Below, in pieces: positions 25,426 through 37,905 of a DNA stretch of 49,302 nt; within the stretch, counting starts at the first letter, position 1, and the number at the start of each line of letters is the position of its first letter. The stretch covers positions 7,426,254-7,475,555 of the forward strand of contig NC_057719.1 of the NCBI RefSeq assembly GCF_004010195.1. The letters run 5' to 3'. A model generated the notes under the pieces. That model ran no database searches, was not told where the DNA came from, and saw only the letters and a list, made by a program, of their open reading frames with translations. Position numbers and translations under genes: made by a program. Origin of the DNA: Chiloscyllium plagiosum (taxonomy: Eukaryota).

Positions 25426-27025
25426 TTGAGAGGCATAGATAAAGTGAATAGCAAAGATCTTTTTCCTAAGGTAGGGGAGTCCAAAACTAGAGGGCATGAG
25501 TTTAAGGTGAGTGGGGAAAGATTTAAAAGGATTTGAAAATATCATTTTTTTCACAGAAGTGGTGCTGTATGGAATAAACTGCCAGAGAAAGTGGTAGACG
25601 CAGGTACAGTTACAACATTACATATTTGGAAGAAAATGCGCTTATCAATGATAGGCAGCATGGTTTCATGCAGGGAAGGTTATGTCTTATAAACCTAATA
25701 GAATTCTTTGAAGAGGTGACAAAGTTGATTGACGAGGGAAGGGATGTAGAAGGCATTTGATAAGGTTCCCCATGGTAGGCTGATGAAGAAGGTGAAGTGG
25801 CATAGGGTCCAGGGTGTTCTAGCTCGATGGACAGAGAACTGGCTGGGCAACAGGATATAGAGTGGTAGTGGAAGGAAGCTTCTCAAAATGGAGATATATG
25901 ACCAGTGGTGTTCCACAGGGATCCATGCTGGGACCACTGTTGTTTGTGATAGACATAAATGATTTGGAGGAAAGTATAGGTGGTCTGATTAGCAAGTTTG
26001 CAGATGACACTAAGATTGGTGGAGTAGCAGATAGTGAAGGGGACAGTCAGGGAATACAGCAGAATATAGATATGCCACAAATGCCAGATGGAATTCAATC
26101 CAGACAAATGCGAGGTGATGAATTTTGGAAGATCCAATTCAAGAGCGAACTATACAGTAAATGGAAAATTCCTGGGGAAAATTGATGTACAGAGAGATCT
26201 GGGTGTTCGGGTCCATTGTTCCCTAAAGGTGGCAACACGGGTCAATGGAGTAGTCAAGAAAGCATACGGCATGCTTTCCTTCATTGGATGAGGTATTGAG
26301 TACAAGAATTGGCAGGTCATCTTACAGTTGTATAAGACTTTGGTTCAGCCACATTTGGAATCCTGCTTACAGTTCTGGTCTCCACATTACCAGATGTGGA
26401 TGCTTTGGGGAGGGTGCAGAGGAGGTTCACCAGGATGTTGCCTGGTATGGAAAGTGCTATGAGGAGAGGTTGAGTAGATTAGGATTATTTTCATTGGAAA
26501 GAAGGAGGTTGAGGGCGAACCTGACTGAGGCCTAAAAAATCTTGAGAGGTGTAGACAGGGTGGATAGCAAGAAACTTTTTCCCCCGAGTGGAGGACTCAA
26601 TTACTAGGGGTCATGAGTTCAAAGTGAGAGGGGAACGTTTAGGGGAGATATGAGTGAAACGTTCTTCACGCAGAGGGTGTTGGGTGCCTGGAAAGTGTTG
26701 CCAGTGGAGGTGGTAGGGGCGAGAATGATAGCATCCTTTAAGATGAAACATGAATGGGTAGGGAGCAGAGGGATGCAGATCCTTGGAAAATAGGTGGCAG
26801 GTTTAGATAGAGTAAATGGATCAGCGCAGGTTTGAAGGGCCAAAGGGCCTGTTCCTGTGCTGTAATGTTCTTTGTTCTATTTAAAAGACATTTGGATAGG
26901 GGAAGAATAGAAAAGGTTTAGAGGGACATGGGCCAAATGCTGGCAATGGGACTAGTTAAGTTTGAGAAATCTGGTCGGTATGGACAAGTTAGGCTGAAGG
27001 GTCTGTTTCAGTGCTGTATGACTCT
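25426..27025 (+). mobile_element. CR1 tail with a younger CR1 (about 25622-26878) nested inside
   Basis: SGVPQGSMLGPLLF...KFADDTK in the inner copy; the outer tail resumes at taaaagacatttggatag. Confidence 0.88.
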
Positions 27026-27204
27026 GTCACTGGTAGTAACCTTCTAGAAATCCTTAGATTCTGGAAACGTCCCAGAGAATTAGAAAATTGCAGATGTAAC
27101 AACTTTAATTAAAAAGCAAAGAGACAAAATCAGGTAAACTTATATTTTCCCAGATTATTTTCCAGTAAAAATATTTAGTCCTTACAATATTGTATTGCTT
27201 TTAG

Positions 27205-27354
27205 GTTCAAGAGTGCTTCCTATTTCAGAAGTCAGCTGGACAACCCATTCTGAAGAACTCGATAATCTGAGTTTGGCTTTGTCTAACACAGATTTGCATT
27301 CTACTGATACGGACAATCTGCACAGTAGCAGAATTTCCAGACCTGAGACTCCAG
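27205..27354 (+). CDS. Internal coding exon of an unidentified host gene (phase 1-1): (G)SRVLPISEVSWTTHSEELDNLSLALSNTDLHSTDTDNLHSSRISRPETP(G)
   Basis: Acceptor ttgtattgcttttag|, consensus donor CAG|gtaagt, 150 bp open frame, not recognisably TE-derived, Ser/Thr/Asp-rich. Confidence 0.75.
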
Positions 27355-27620
27355 GTAAGTGCAAATTAATCTGGATTTTTAAGAGACCATTTTTTATTAT
27401 ATCTGCTATACTCCACTGTGTACACCACTAAAATGCCATATGCAATTATGGAGGTTCACTTTTTTTTAAGAAATAAATACGTATGCTTTTCTCATGCATA
27501 TTGAACTTGACCAAAGAAGGGTAGATTTTTGTCTGGACGTAAAGGTACAAATATAATTTATGAAAGGAATAAATCATAAAATATGGCCGCAGTCAGAAAA
27601 TTCATTTAGTAATCCTGAGA

Positions 27621-27826
27621 CAAACACAAGAATGTGCAGAAATTCATAACTCTGGCAGTATCTATGGAGAGAGAGAAACAGAGTTGACATTAACAGAATT
27701 GAGTTCTGTTAACATTAACTCTGTTTTCTCTCCAAAGATGCTGCAAGATCTGCTGAGTTTTTCCAGCATTCCCTTTGTTTGTGTCAGATTTCCTGCATCT
27801 GCAGTATTTTGTTTTTATTAGAGTGT
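27621..27826. mobile_element. Older palindromic PLE-terminus-like element
   Basis: Inverted arms (ggagagagagaaacagagttgac / ttaactctgttttctctcc); 11-bp direct repeat taatcctgaga at both flanks. Confidence 0.65.
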
Positions 27827-29429
27827 TAATCCTGAGAGTTGGCTTGCACTTTGAAAGCAATTAAAAGGCAGGTGATTACAACCAACATTGATGTACATCC
27901 AGTCTGCAGTAGTAATTTTAAGCAACTTTAAAACAGCTGCATAAAGTAATTGGAAACATGAATATCTTTGCTACAACCAGAATAGGCATAATAAATTAAT
28001 TATTCACAGAAAAATGATTAGAGTACATTAACAGATGTGCTATGGTTCAGATACCACAAGACTGATATCATATTTGTGAAGGATATCCAGATTATAACAA
28101 TAGTTTTTTGCACCTCTGAATATGCTTTCTTTTATTATTTTTAAAACTTTTATAAGTACATTTCTGTCAGTAAGTTCTTATTGGTATAGGAATGATTGTT
28201 TTCTTGTCAATGTTACGTGTTCAGCTTGGCTATGCTGTTCTCCATAACAGGCAAAACTGGATTTACAGAATGATGATAGTAGATTGGGCAATGTTTGCTG
28301 GATGCGTGCTTTTTTTTTAAACTGGATTTGATTTTTTTTTCTTTCAAGATGTAGGAGAAGTAATATTGCCATTTAAAATTTGGAAATTATGACGTGCATG
28401 ATTTTACTTTTTAATTTAGCTATATTTCTTTCATCAGAACCAGAAATGTTAATTCTTTATTTACGTGGATCCATAGATTCCCAGCAGTTTCTGGATTTAG
28501 CATTTTCAGCATATGCTGTATTTTGCTCATTTGCATTAAAGCTGTTAACTAGTAGCTTTTGTCCAATGATTCTCTGTCATTTGATAGTTTGCGAAATGAA
28601 AAGCATAGATATATTTAATTTTGAAGCTTTAATGCTGTAGCATCTTTATGGAGGAAAGTACACTTCTGTTCAAATAAATTGAAGAACAAGATGGCGTGAA
28701 CTTAAGATCAGTACATTTGTTTTATCCTTTATTGTGAGCTGAGATCATAGATTTCTCTTGTTTATTCTTTTTTGGGTGTGGGTGTTGCTGGCTAGGCTAG
28801 CACTTATTGTCCGTCCTTAATTGCCTTCAGAATGTGATTGTGAGTTGCCTTCTACAACTACTACAGTCCATGCATTCCATTTATAAAGTATGAGCTTTGC
28901 TGTTTGAGCTACAGCAACTCAAATTATTAAAGTAGTTTAGTTATTCTTAAATCTTCAATAAATATATTCATCTCACATTTTCTTAAAAGAACATGAGGTT
29001 AGTTACATTTTTTTAAAAATGGTAGCAGAATTTTCAAATGCTTCATCTCAAAATGTGGAAATAATATATGCTTAATCATTAGGTTCAAAATTAGAGGGTA
29101 TTCAGCAGTCTTGTTTGATAGTAATCTTCATAGTGTTAAGAAGCAATAAACCACTTTTTCAAGCAATCATCTTCAGTGCAGTTGTTATGACCAGCCTGTA
29201 AAACACCTGGAAGTAACGAGACCAGTTATTTGGAATACATTAATTTTTCAGCTCAACTGAGTGATGTCTATTCAAATGTGATATGTATTCAAATCAAGGG
29301 TTACTGCACCCAAAATGTTAACTCTAATTTCTCTTCACAGATGCTGCCACACCTGCTGAGCTATTCTGGCAAATTTTGTTTTTGTTTCTAATTTCCAGTT
29401 TCTGCAGTTCTTTCGGTTTTTTGTTACAT

Positions 29430-29721
29430 GAAATGTTAAGACAGATGACCAAATACCTGGTCAAAATGGTAAGTTTTAAGGAATATCTTATGCAGCAGAC
29501 AAAAGTAGTGGGAACTTAGACAGCTAAAAGCACAGTTGTCAACTGTAATTATTTTAGGGGTATACAATGGGTGTTGGTTATCTCAGTTGGCTGCAAGCTG
29601 GTTTGTAATGCAGAATGACAGTAACAGTGAAAATTCAATTCCCGTTCCTGCTGTGGTTACAATGAAGGTCCCTCCTCCTTAATCTCTCCCTTTGCCGAAG
29701 GCAAGGTTAAGCCACCATCAG

Positions 29722-29770
<49 letters not shown>

Positions 29771-30162
29771 ATGAAAGAGCAGCTCTAAGGGATATTTTTT
29801 AACTTACTTTTTACTATACAAGAGGATTTTATGGTTGGAAAAGGCTGGAGATTGGGATAGGTCAGGTCATAGAACAATTGGAAAATAGGGATAAGAACAT
29901 TAGATTCAGATGTTGACAGACCACTAGCCAGTGTTGGGTTAATGAGATTATGGGACTTGATGTGAGTTCAGATGTGGGCAGCAGAGTTATGGATAAGCTT
30001 TCTTTAGGTTGTAAGATGGAAAGCTAATCAGAAAAGCGTTGGACTAATTGAGTGCAGAGGTAAGGAAGGGTCTGAGTAGCAAGTGAGATGGGATAGACGT
30101 GATGTTACGGAAATGGTAGTAGACAATCTTGGTAATGGTACAGATATGTGCATGAAAGCTTA
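29430..30162 (-). mobile_element. L2 LINE 3' fragment with nested tRNA-SINE (about 29570-29790)
   Basis: LSFHAHICTITKIVYYHFRNI resembles the L2 motif FHLRNIAR. Confidence 0.65.
29725..29769 (+). repeat. (TC)n microsatellite
   Basis: Uninterrupted TC run. Confidence 0.97.
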
Positions 30163-30715
30163 AGATCATAAGAAACAAAAACAGGAGTAGGGCATTTAGC
30201 CCACCGAGCCTGCTAGGCCATTCAATAGAATCACAGTTAATCTGACATTCCTCATATCCATTTGCCTGCATTTCCCCATAACCACAGTTACCCTTACTGA
30301 TCAAGAATCTGTCTTTCTCATCCTTAAAATATACACAAGAACTCTGCCCCCACAGCTATCGGGGGCAAGGAGTTCCAAAGACACTCAACCATCTGAGAAG
30401 AAATGCCCCCTCGTCTTATTCTTAAATTGACACCACCTTATTCTGAGAATATGCTTTCCGGTTCTAAATTCTCCCATAACTCTTCTCAGCATTTACCATG
30501 CCAAGCCCCTTAAGAATCCTATATGTTTCAATGAGATCACCTTTTATTCTTCTAAACTGCAGTGAGTAGAGATCTAATTTATTTATCCTTTGCTCAAAGA
30601 CAATCCCTCCATACCAGAGATCATCTTAGTGAAATCTTGTCTGAACTACTTCCAGTGAAATAATATCTTTGCTTAAATAAGGGGACCAAAACTGCTCATG
30701 GTATTCCAGATTGGC
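30163..30715 (-). mobile_element. CR1 3' part
   Basis: taagatcataagaa tail; rc ctggaataccatgagcagttttggtccccttat. Confidence 0.85.
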
Positions 30716-31646
30716 AGTTTTCCAGTTATCTCATACTTCTCCAGACTTCAAGGATTTTTAGACCAATGCATCTACTATCTCTGTAGCTACCATGTTTAGG
30801 ATCCCAGGTGGCAAGCATAACAGCTGGGGACTTATTTGTCTTTAGCCCCATTAGTTTGTTGAATACTAATTCTCTACTGATAGTGATGGTACTTAATTAT
30901 TTATTCTTTAGTATTGATGGGAGATTGTAATATGTGTCTCAGCTGCCTTCAGTCATACCTCAAGCAGACGCTGCTGCTCTCCCTTCTGTTGTTTCTGGTT
31001 GGCAGAGTATGAAATAATTATGCCTCTAGCATAGGCCTTAGGGGTCTCCCAAAGAATGGATGGATTATTAGCTGTACTTGAGTTGGTGGCCAAAAAAGCT
31101 TCTAATTCCCTAGAGAAGTATTCTACAAACTTGCTGTCCTTGAGGATGAAGGGATCTGTTTGCCAGTACTGAGAGTCCATTGCATCACCCTTAATCTTAA
31201 CTATTAAATACACCACTGCATGATCAGAGATGGCAATATTCCCAATCGAACAGGATACCACCAAATCTAAAAAAGCCGTGGGAGGTAAGAAATAATTAAT
31301 CCTTGTGTGGCGTTTATGAGGATTGGAAAAGAACATAAAATCTCTGCTAGTAGGGTGTAAACGTCTCCAAACTTCTACCAACCCTAATTCCACACATAAA
31401 TCAACTAAATGCTTAGCTTATGAAGAAAGCTTTAGGGGGTCTTTGAGCATTCATCCAGCACAGGATCCACCAGGCAATTAAAGCCCCCCCCTCCATAATA
31501 ATATGCCGCGACGCCAAGGCCATCTGCTTAGATAGTGCATCAGTCATAAATTTAAGAGGGTGAGCTGGAAGACAAAAGACATTCAAAATACCATATTCCT
31601 TGCCATGTATAAGGGCCTTTAGAGTAACAAACATACTCATCTTTAA

Positions 31647-31693
31647 AGAGAAAATGCTGCCTGACCTGCTGCGCTTCTCCAGCAACATATTTC
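31647..31693 (+). mobile_element. 47-bp Penelope micro-insertion
   Basis: Perfect 15-bp TSD catactcatctttaa (31632-31646, 31694-31708). Confidence 0.85.
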
Positions 31694-32250
31694 CATACTC
31701 ATCTTTAACACAATCTATTCTGGACGGGTATTGCCAATCCCCTGTTCCTAGTACTAAAAGACAAGAAAAATACCCAATCAAACCCCAACCTGCTGCAACT
31801 TCAAGTGTTCCTTGTCATTAAGATGAGCCTCCTGCAACACAGCAACATCCGCCCTCTCCTTTCCAAGGCTCGATAATACCTTTTTTCTTTTAACTGATGA
31901 ATAAATCCCTCTGACATTCCAGGTGTACCATTTAAGAATGCTACTAACCATGATCCTTCACAATCACTTTTTGACCTGCTGAGAGCAAACATTTGTCTTG
32001 CGACATGCTGAGCATATTCAGAAGGAGACTCATAGAGTATATTTACAAAAAAACCCAAAAAAATAAACTAACTACAAAACACAAAAGGCACTTAATGGGG
32101 GGCTGTACCTCCTGCCCATAGAGGGCGCTTACATTTCCCACACAAACCTCCATCCCCCCTTCCAGCTTGAGCCTCACCCCAAACCCAAGCAATGGAAGAA
32201 ACCAAACAAAGGACACTGAAGGCACAAAGGAATAACAAAAACAGTGAGCA

Positions 32251-32407
32251 ATGTGGTGCTGGAAAAGCACAGCAGGTCAGGCAGCATCTGAGGAGTAGGA
32301 AAATCAACGGATGAAACCCTGATGAAGGGCTTTTGCCTGAAACATCGATTTTCCAGCCCCACACTCTTGATTCTTATCTCCAGCATCTGCAATACTCACT
32401 TTCACCT
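32251..32407. mobile_element. Penelope fold-back mini-insertion
   Basis: Perfect 14-bp TSD aaaaacagtgagca; degenerate HHR core ctgatgaagggcttttgcctgaaac. Confidence 0.85.
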
Positions 32408-32454
32408 AAAAACAGTGAGCACTCTGCCCACCCCCACAATATATCAATACCACT

Positions 32455-32731
32455 GTTGTTGTGGTTCTGTTCGCCGAGCTGGAAATTTTTGTTGCAAACG
32501 TTTCGTCCCCTGTCTAGGTGACATCCTCAGTGCTTGGGAGCCTCCTGTGAAGCGCTTCTGTGGTGTTTCCTCCGGCATTTATAGTGGCCTGTCCCTGCCG
32601 CTTCCGGTTGTCAGTTTCAACTGTCCGCTGTAGTGGCCGGTATATTGGGTCCAGGTCGATGTGTTTGTTGATGGAGTTTGTGGATGAGTGCCATGCTTCT
32701 AGGAATTCCCTGGCTGTTCTGTGTTTGGCTT
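32455..32731 (-). mobile_element. Penelope-like element 3' end (GIY-YIG C-terminus), runs into the gap
   Basis: AKHRTAREFLEAWHSSTNSINKHIDLDPIY followed by an HHR motif. Confidence 0.85.
32494..32533 (-). ncRNA. Minimal hammerhead ribozyme motif
   Basis: GCA-CTGAGGA-TGTCACCTAGACAGGGGAC-GAA-ACGT-T-TGC: stem I GCA/TGC, CUGANGA and GAAA cores, palindromic ACGU stem III. Confidence 0.7.
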
Positions 32732-33231
32732 NNNNNNNNNNNNNNNNNNNNNNNNNNNNNNNNNNNNNNNNNNNNNNNNNNNNNNNNNNNNNNNNNNNNN
32801 NNNNNNNNNNNNNNNNNNNNNNNNNNNNNNNNNNNNNNNNNNNNNNNNNNNNNNNNNNNNNNNNNNNNNNNNNNNNNNNNNNNNNNNNNNNNNNNNNNNN
32901 NNNNNNNNNNNNNNNNNNNNNNNNNNNNNNNNNNNNNNNNNNNNNNNNNNNNNNNNNNNNNNNNNNNNNNNNNNNNNNNNNNNNNNNNNNNNNNNNNNNN
33001 NNNNNNNNNNNNNNNNNNNNNNNNNNNNNNNNNNNNNNNNNNNNNNNNNNNNNNNNNNNNNNNNNNNNNNNNNNNNNNNNNNNNNNNNNNNNNNNNNNNN
33101 NNNNNNNNNNNNNNNNNNNNNNNNNNNNNNNNNNNNNNNNNNNNNNNNNNNNNNNNNNNNNNNNNNNNNNNNNNNNNNNNNNNNNNNNNNNNNNNNNNNN
33201 NNNNNNNNNNNNNNNNNNNNNNNNNNNNNNN
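32732..33231. other. Assembly gap (500 N)
   Basis: Run of N. Confidence 1.
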
Positions 33232-33745
33232 GATATTTGCCAGTGCTTGTACAATGTTTGCAACCATTCTCAACACCTCAAATAGTGAAGCAGTTCATGT
33301 TCAAATACAACAAAATCAGGGCAATATCCAGGCTTGAGCTGGCAAGTAGCGAGTAAAATGCCCTCCATCATAGATGCTCAGTAGCAGCAGTGTGTACTAT
33401 CTACAAGATGCACTGCAGAAATTTACTGAAGATCCTTAGGCAACACCTTCCAAACCTATAATCACTTCCATCTAGAAGGACAAGGACAGAAGATACATGG
33501 GAACACCACCACTTGCAAATTCCCCTCTAAGTCACTTCACCATCCTGACTTGGAAATATATTGGTGCTCCTTCACTGTCACTGGATCAGAATTCTGGAAT
33601 TCCCTCTCTAAGGGCTTTGTGCATCTACCTAGATGGACTACAGTGGTTCAATAAAGCTGCTCACCACCATCTTTTTAAGGGCAACTAGGGACGGGCAATA
33701 AATGTTGGCCAGACCATGACAGCACCATCCCACAAGTGAAATAAA
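33232..33745 (+). mobile_element. Second-lineage CR1-group LINE 3' fragment
   Basis: gcagtgtgtactatctacaagatgcactgcag...gggcaataaatgttggccag. Confidence 0.8.
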
Positions 33746-34264
33746 TACTTTGTACATGATAAAGAACAAAAGAGATTAATCCAAGCAGTATCCTCCTCTT
33801 GTAGATTGCTTTGCTTTGAATGGAAGCCTATTTGCATGCAATTTTTGCTCCTTGTCCAATCATATGTATATGACAGTATATACAATTTAATTATATCCGG
33901 TGTACCAAACACTGTGACAGTTATAAGTAGTGGGGTTTAATGGGCGCAGCAAGAATGAGACCGGTAAGTGGGACTTGCTTAGATTCTAGACAACAGATTT
34001 TTGCAAAAATTAAAACACAAAATGTTGGAAATACTAGATGGCTCCTGTGGCGAGAAACAGGCAGTGTTTATTGTTTTGCAAAGGCTAGGAGTAGAATGTG
34101 TTTTCAGTACTTTCACTGTGCTTCAGAATTCAGCATTCTGGCTAGGAAAGATACTATTGGATATTCTTCAATCCTTCTGTGCCAACTCTTCTTCCACCCA
34201 TCCCGTTCTGTGTCTCTGTCCATGAAATGCCTTGTTTATCCCTCACTTCTTGATTGGATATTGT

Positions 34265-35110
34265 GATGAGGGCCATAAGGAATCTGCTATGGTATATGAA
34301 TAGTTGATTGAGTAGGAAATTTCTGGTCAGATGGAGTTTAATATTGGAAAATGTGATCATGCACTTGGTAGGAAGAATCAAAAAGCAGACAATTAATTTA
34401 AATTGAGTGAGACCCTTTAAAAAGGTGCAGCGCAGAGAGATCTGGATATTTATGAGCTTGAATAAAGTTAGCATGCAGGTGCAGCAAGTAATTATGACGG
34501 CATGTGGCATTTTGGCCTTTATTGCCGGGAGTTGGAGTTTAAAAATAGAGAACTCCTCCTACAACTATATGATTGTACTGTTGGTGAAGTCATATCTTGG
34601 TCCCTGTATTTAAAATAGGGCATACTGATTTTGGAGACTGTTCAAAAGAAGATTCACTAGACTGATCCCTTGAATGAAGAGATTAACTTATCAAGAAAGG
34701 CTAAATAGGTTAGGTCTTTGATTGTTAGAACTTAGAGAAATGAAGAATGATCTTATTGAAATATATAAGATTCTTAGGGAGCTTGATGAGGTAGATGTTG
34801 AGATGTTTTCTTTAGTAAGGGCATCTTGGAGTGATAAGGGATCACTCATATAAAACTGATGCAAATAAATTTCTTCTCCCTGAGGGAGTGAATGTCTGGA
34901 ATTCTCTACACCTGTGTGTTGTGGAGGCTATATCAATGAAAGTATTTAAACAGGAGGAAGATGGATTTGAAAAATCAGAGTTGAGATCTATGAGGAGCTG
35001 GCATGAAAGAGGAATTGAGGCCTGGGGCAGATCGGCCTTGATCTTGTACAGTGGTGGGACAGGCTTGAAAAGCAAATAGTCTACTCATGTTCCTGTTTCT
35101 TCGGTACTTA
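34265..35110 (+). mobile_element. Old CR1 3' part
   Basis: tggcagatggagtttaat-like RT end and CR1 3' UTR. Confidence 0.8.
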
Positions 35111-35688
35111 TGTAAATTTTATTAATGAGGTTAATGGGTTGGGGAAAACTTGCTGAATTGCATGTTTTGTTGCTTTACTTGTAAAGTTGAAAGTTACTGC
35201 AGCATCAATTTATTTTCCTAACTACTGCCTCAACCTACTTCTCTACTTTTTAGTTCAAAATATTTGTTCATTTGAACCTGTGCATGTTTAAGGTTGCTGA
35301 CGCATGATTAAAACAATCATTGTATTTTCATTTCATGTGCAGACTCGTTATCCTTGTAGAGGTATGTTATTACTTATCTGAAAGTTTGCACCTGGCAAAT
35401 GCAAGGAGTACTGGGATATGTACTTGTGGTTGCAACCTTCCACCACTTGGATTACATCCCTTAAAACTATCCATGCGGGCTTTGAGTGTTAATTCATGGC
35501 ACTGAATTATCTGAGTCTGCAGTTAATAAGTTATCTGTATTGTTGCAAATCTTTTACCATCTGCCTTTTATGAGGTTGAAGCTGAGTGCACTTTCAAGGA
35601 AATATTATGTTAGTATTACTAACCTTACTTTATCACTGCATATGTCTTTAATAAAGTCCATGCACCACTCAGCTGCTTTTACACCTAG

Positions 35689-36369
35689 GTGAAAGTAAGG
35701 ACTGCAGATGCTGGAGATCAGAGTCGAGAATAGAGTGGTGCTGGAAAAGCACAGCAGGTCAGGCAGCATCCGAGGAGCAGGAAAATCGATGTTTTGGGCA
35801 GGAGCCCTTCATCAGGAATGAGGCTGGGAGTCTCCGGGGTGGAGAGATAAATGGGAGGGGGGGTGGGGCTGGGGAGAAGGTAGCTAAGAGTGGAAATGGA
35901 GGAGGCCTGTGCCGAAGACATGTAGGTCCTGGGCCTCCTCCATCGCCACTCCCTCAACACCTGACTCCTGGAGGAAGAACGCCTCATCTTCCGCCTCGGA
36001 GCACTACAACCCCAGGGCATCAATGTGGACTTCATCAGTTTCCTCATTTCCCCTCTCCCCACCTTATCCCAGTTCCAACCTGTGAGCTCAGCACCATCCT
36101 CATGACCTGTCCTACCTGCCAATCTTCTTTCCCACCTATCCACTCCACCCTCCTCTCCGATCTATCACCTTTATCCCCACCTCCATCCAGCTATTGTACT
36201 CTTAGCTACCTTCTCCCCAGCCCCACTTCCCCCCTCCTATTTATTTCTCCACCCCAGAGGCTCCCAGCCTCATTCCTGATGAAGGGCTCCTGCCCGAAAT
36301 GTCGATTTTCCTGCTCCTCGGATGCTCTCTGACCTGCTGTGCTGTTCCAGCACCACTCTAATCTTGACT
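35689..36369 (+). mobile_element. Penelope element, 5'-truncated with inverted pLTR
   Basis: GIY-YIG C-terminus LEEERLIFRLGALQPQGINVDF; ~170-bp inverted arms; 16-bp TSD ctgcttttacacctag; HHR core at 36276-36305. Confidence 0.9.
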
Positions 36370-36457
36370 CTGCTTTTACACCTAGTTGGTGACAAAGTCT
36401 GAATAAGCATCCTGTGCTCCATTTATATTCAAGGAAAAAACTTTCTTTATATTATAA

Positions 36458-37160
36458 AGTCATAGAATTGTAGAGTTTTTCAGCATAGAAGTAGACAGTT
36501 TGGTCCAACTCATCCATGATGACCAGATATCCTAAATTAATCTAGTCCCATGTGTCAGCATTTGGCATATCCCTCTAAATATTTCCTATTCATGTACCTA
36601 TCCAGATGGCTTTTAAATGTTGTAATTGTACCACCTTCCACCACTTCCTCTGGCAGTTCATTCCATACATGCACCACCCTGCCCGTGAAAAAAATTGCAC
36701 CTTAGGTCCCTTTTCAACCTTCCCCCTCTCATCTTAAATCTATGCCCTCAAGTTTTGGACTCTGCTACCCTGTGAAAAAGACCTTGGCTGTTCTCCTTAT
36801 CCATGTACTGCATGATTTTATAAAACTCAATAAGGTCACTCCCGTCAGCCTCCGACACTCTAGGGAAAATAGCCCCAGCCCTATTCAGCCTTTCCCTATA
36901 ACTCAAACCTTCCAACATCCTTGCAATTTGTTTCTGAATCCTTTCAAGTTTCACAACATCCTTCTTATAGCAGGGAAACCAGAATTGAATGCAGTATTCC
37001 AAAAGTGTCCTAACCAATGTCCTGTGCAGCCGCAACATGACCTCCCATTTGTCATACTCAATGCACTGACTAATAAAGGCAAGCATATCAAACACCTCCT
37101 TCACTACCCTGTCTACCTATAACTCCACTTGCAAAGAAATATGAATCTACACTCCAAGGT
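36458..37160 (-). mobile_element. CR1 3' part
   Basis: LVRTLLEYCIQFWFPCYKKDVVKLERIQ. Confidence 0.9.
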
Positions 37161-37166
37161 AACTTG

Positions 37167-37506
37167 TAGAATCATAGAATCCCTACAGTATAGAAACAGA
37201 CTATTTGGCCCAAGTCCACACTGACCCTCCGAAGAGTAAATGACCCAGATCCATTCCCCTATATTTACCCCTGACGAGTGCACCTAACTTACACATCCCT
37301 GAACACAATGGGCAATTTAGCATGGCCAATTCACCTAACCTGCATATCTTTGGACTGTGTGAAGAAACCAGAGCGCCCGGAGGAAACCCACATAGATATG
37401 GGGAGAATGTGCAAACTCCACACAGATACTCGCCTGAGAATGGAATCAAACCGGGTCCCTGGCGCTGTGAGGCAGCAGTGCTAACTACGAGCCACTGTGC
37501 CATCCC
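37167..37506 (-). mobile_element. HE1-type V-SINE
   Basis: rc tggcacagtggctcgtagttagcactgctgcctcacagcgcc...V-domain. Confidence 0.9.
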
Positions 37507-37544
37507 TTATTCAGACAGGCCTCATTAGATTGATATCCTACATA

Positions 37545-37905
37545 CTAGCAGCAGTGTGTCCCATCTACATGATGCACTGCATCAACGTGGCAAGCTTCCC
37601 TTGAGAGCACCTTCAAATCTACAACCTCTAAAGCTAGAAGGACAAGGGTATCAGATGCACAGGACAGTACCATCTGAAAAATCCCCTTCCAAGCCATGCA
37701 GTCAACTGACTTGGGACTAGATTGCCCTTTGTTTAATCTCATTGGTACAAAAACCTGGAACTCTGTTTTTAACAGTGCTGTGAGTGCACCTGCACCACAT
37801 TAACTGCAGCAATTCACGAAGACAGCTCACCACCTTCTCAGGAATAACTAGAAATAGGCAATGAATCCTGGCCTCACTAGTGGTACTTTCATCCCAAGAC
37901 TGGAT
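37545..37905 (+). mobile_element. Second-lineage CR1-group LINE tail
   Basis: Homologous to 33380-33745. Confidence 0.7.

Larger units (their letters stand above)
30935..32450 (-). mobile_element. L1-clade LINE fragment (ORF2 APE endonuclease plus upstream spacer)
   Basis: ORF2 start near 31951 MVSSILKWYTWNVRG...VLQEAHL; LVEVWRRLHP...TRINYF...ISDHAVV. Confidence 0.88.

Noticed and set aside
32514..33356. ORFs of 211-249 aa
   Set aside because: They are artefacts of translating through the 500-N gap.
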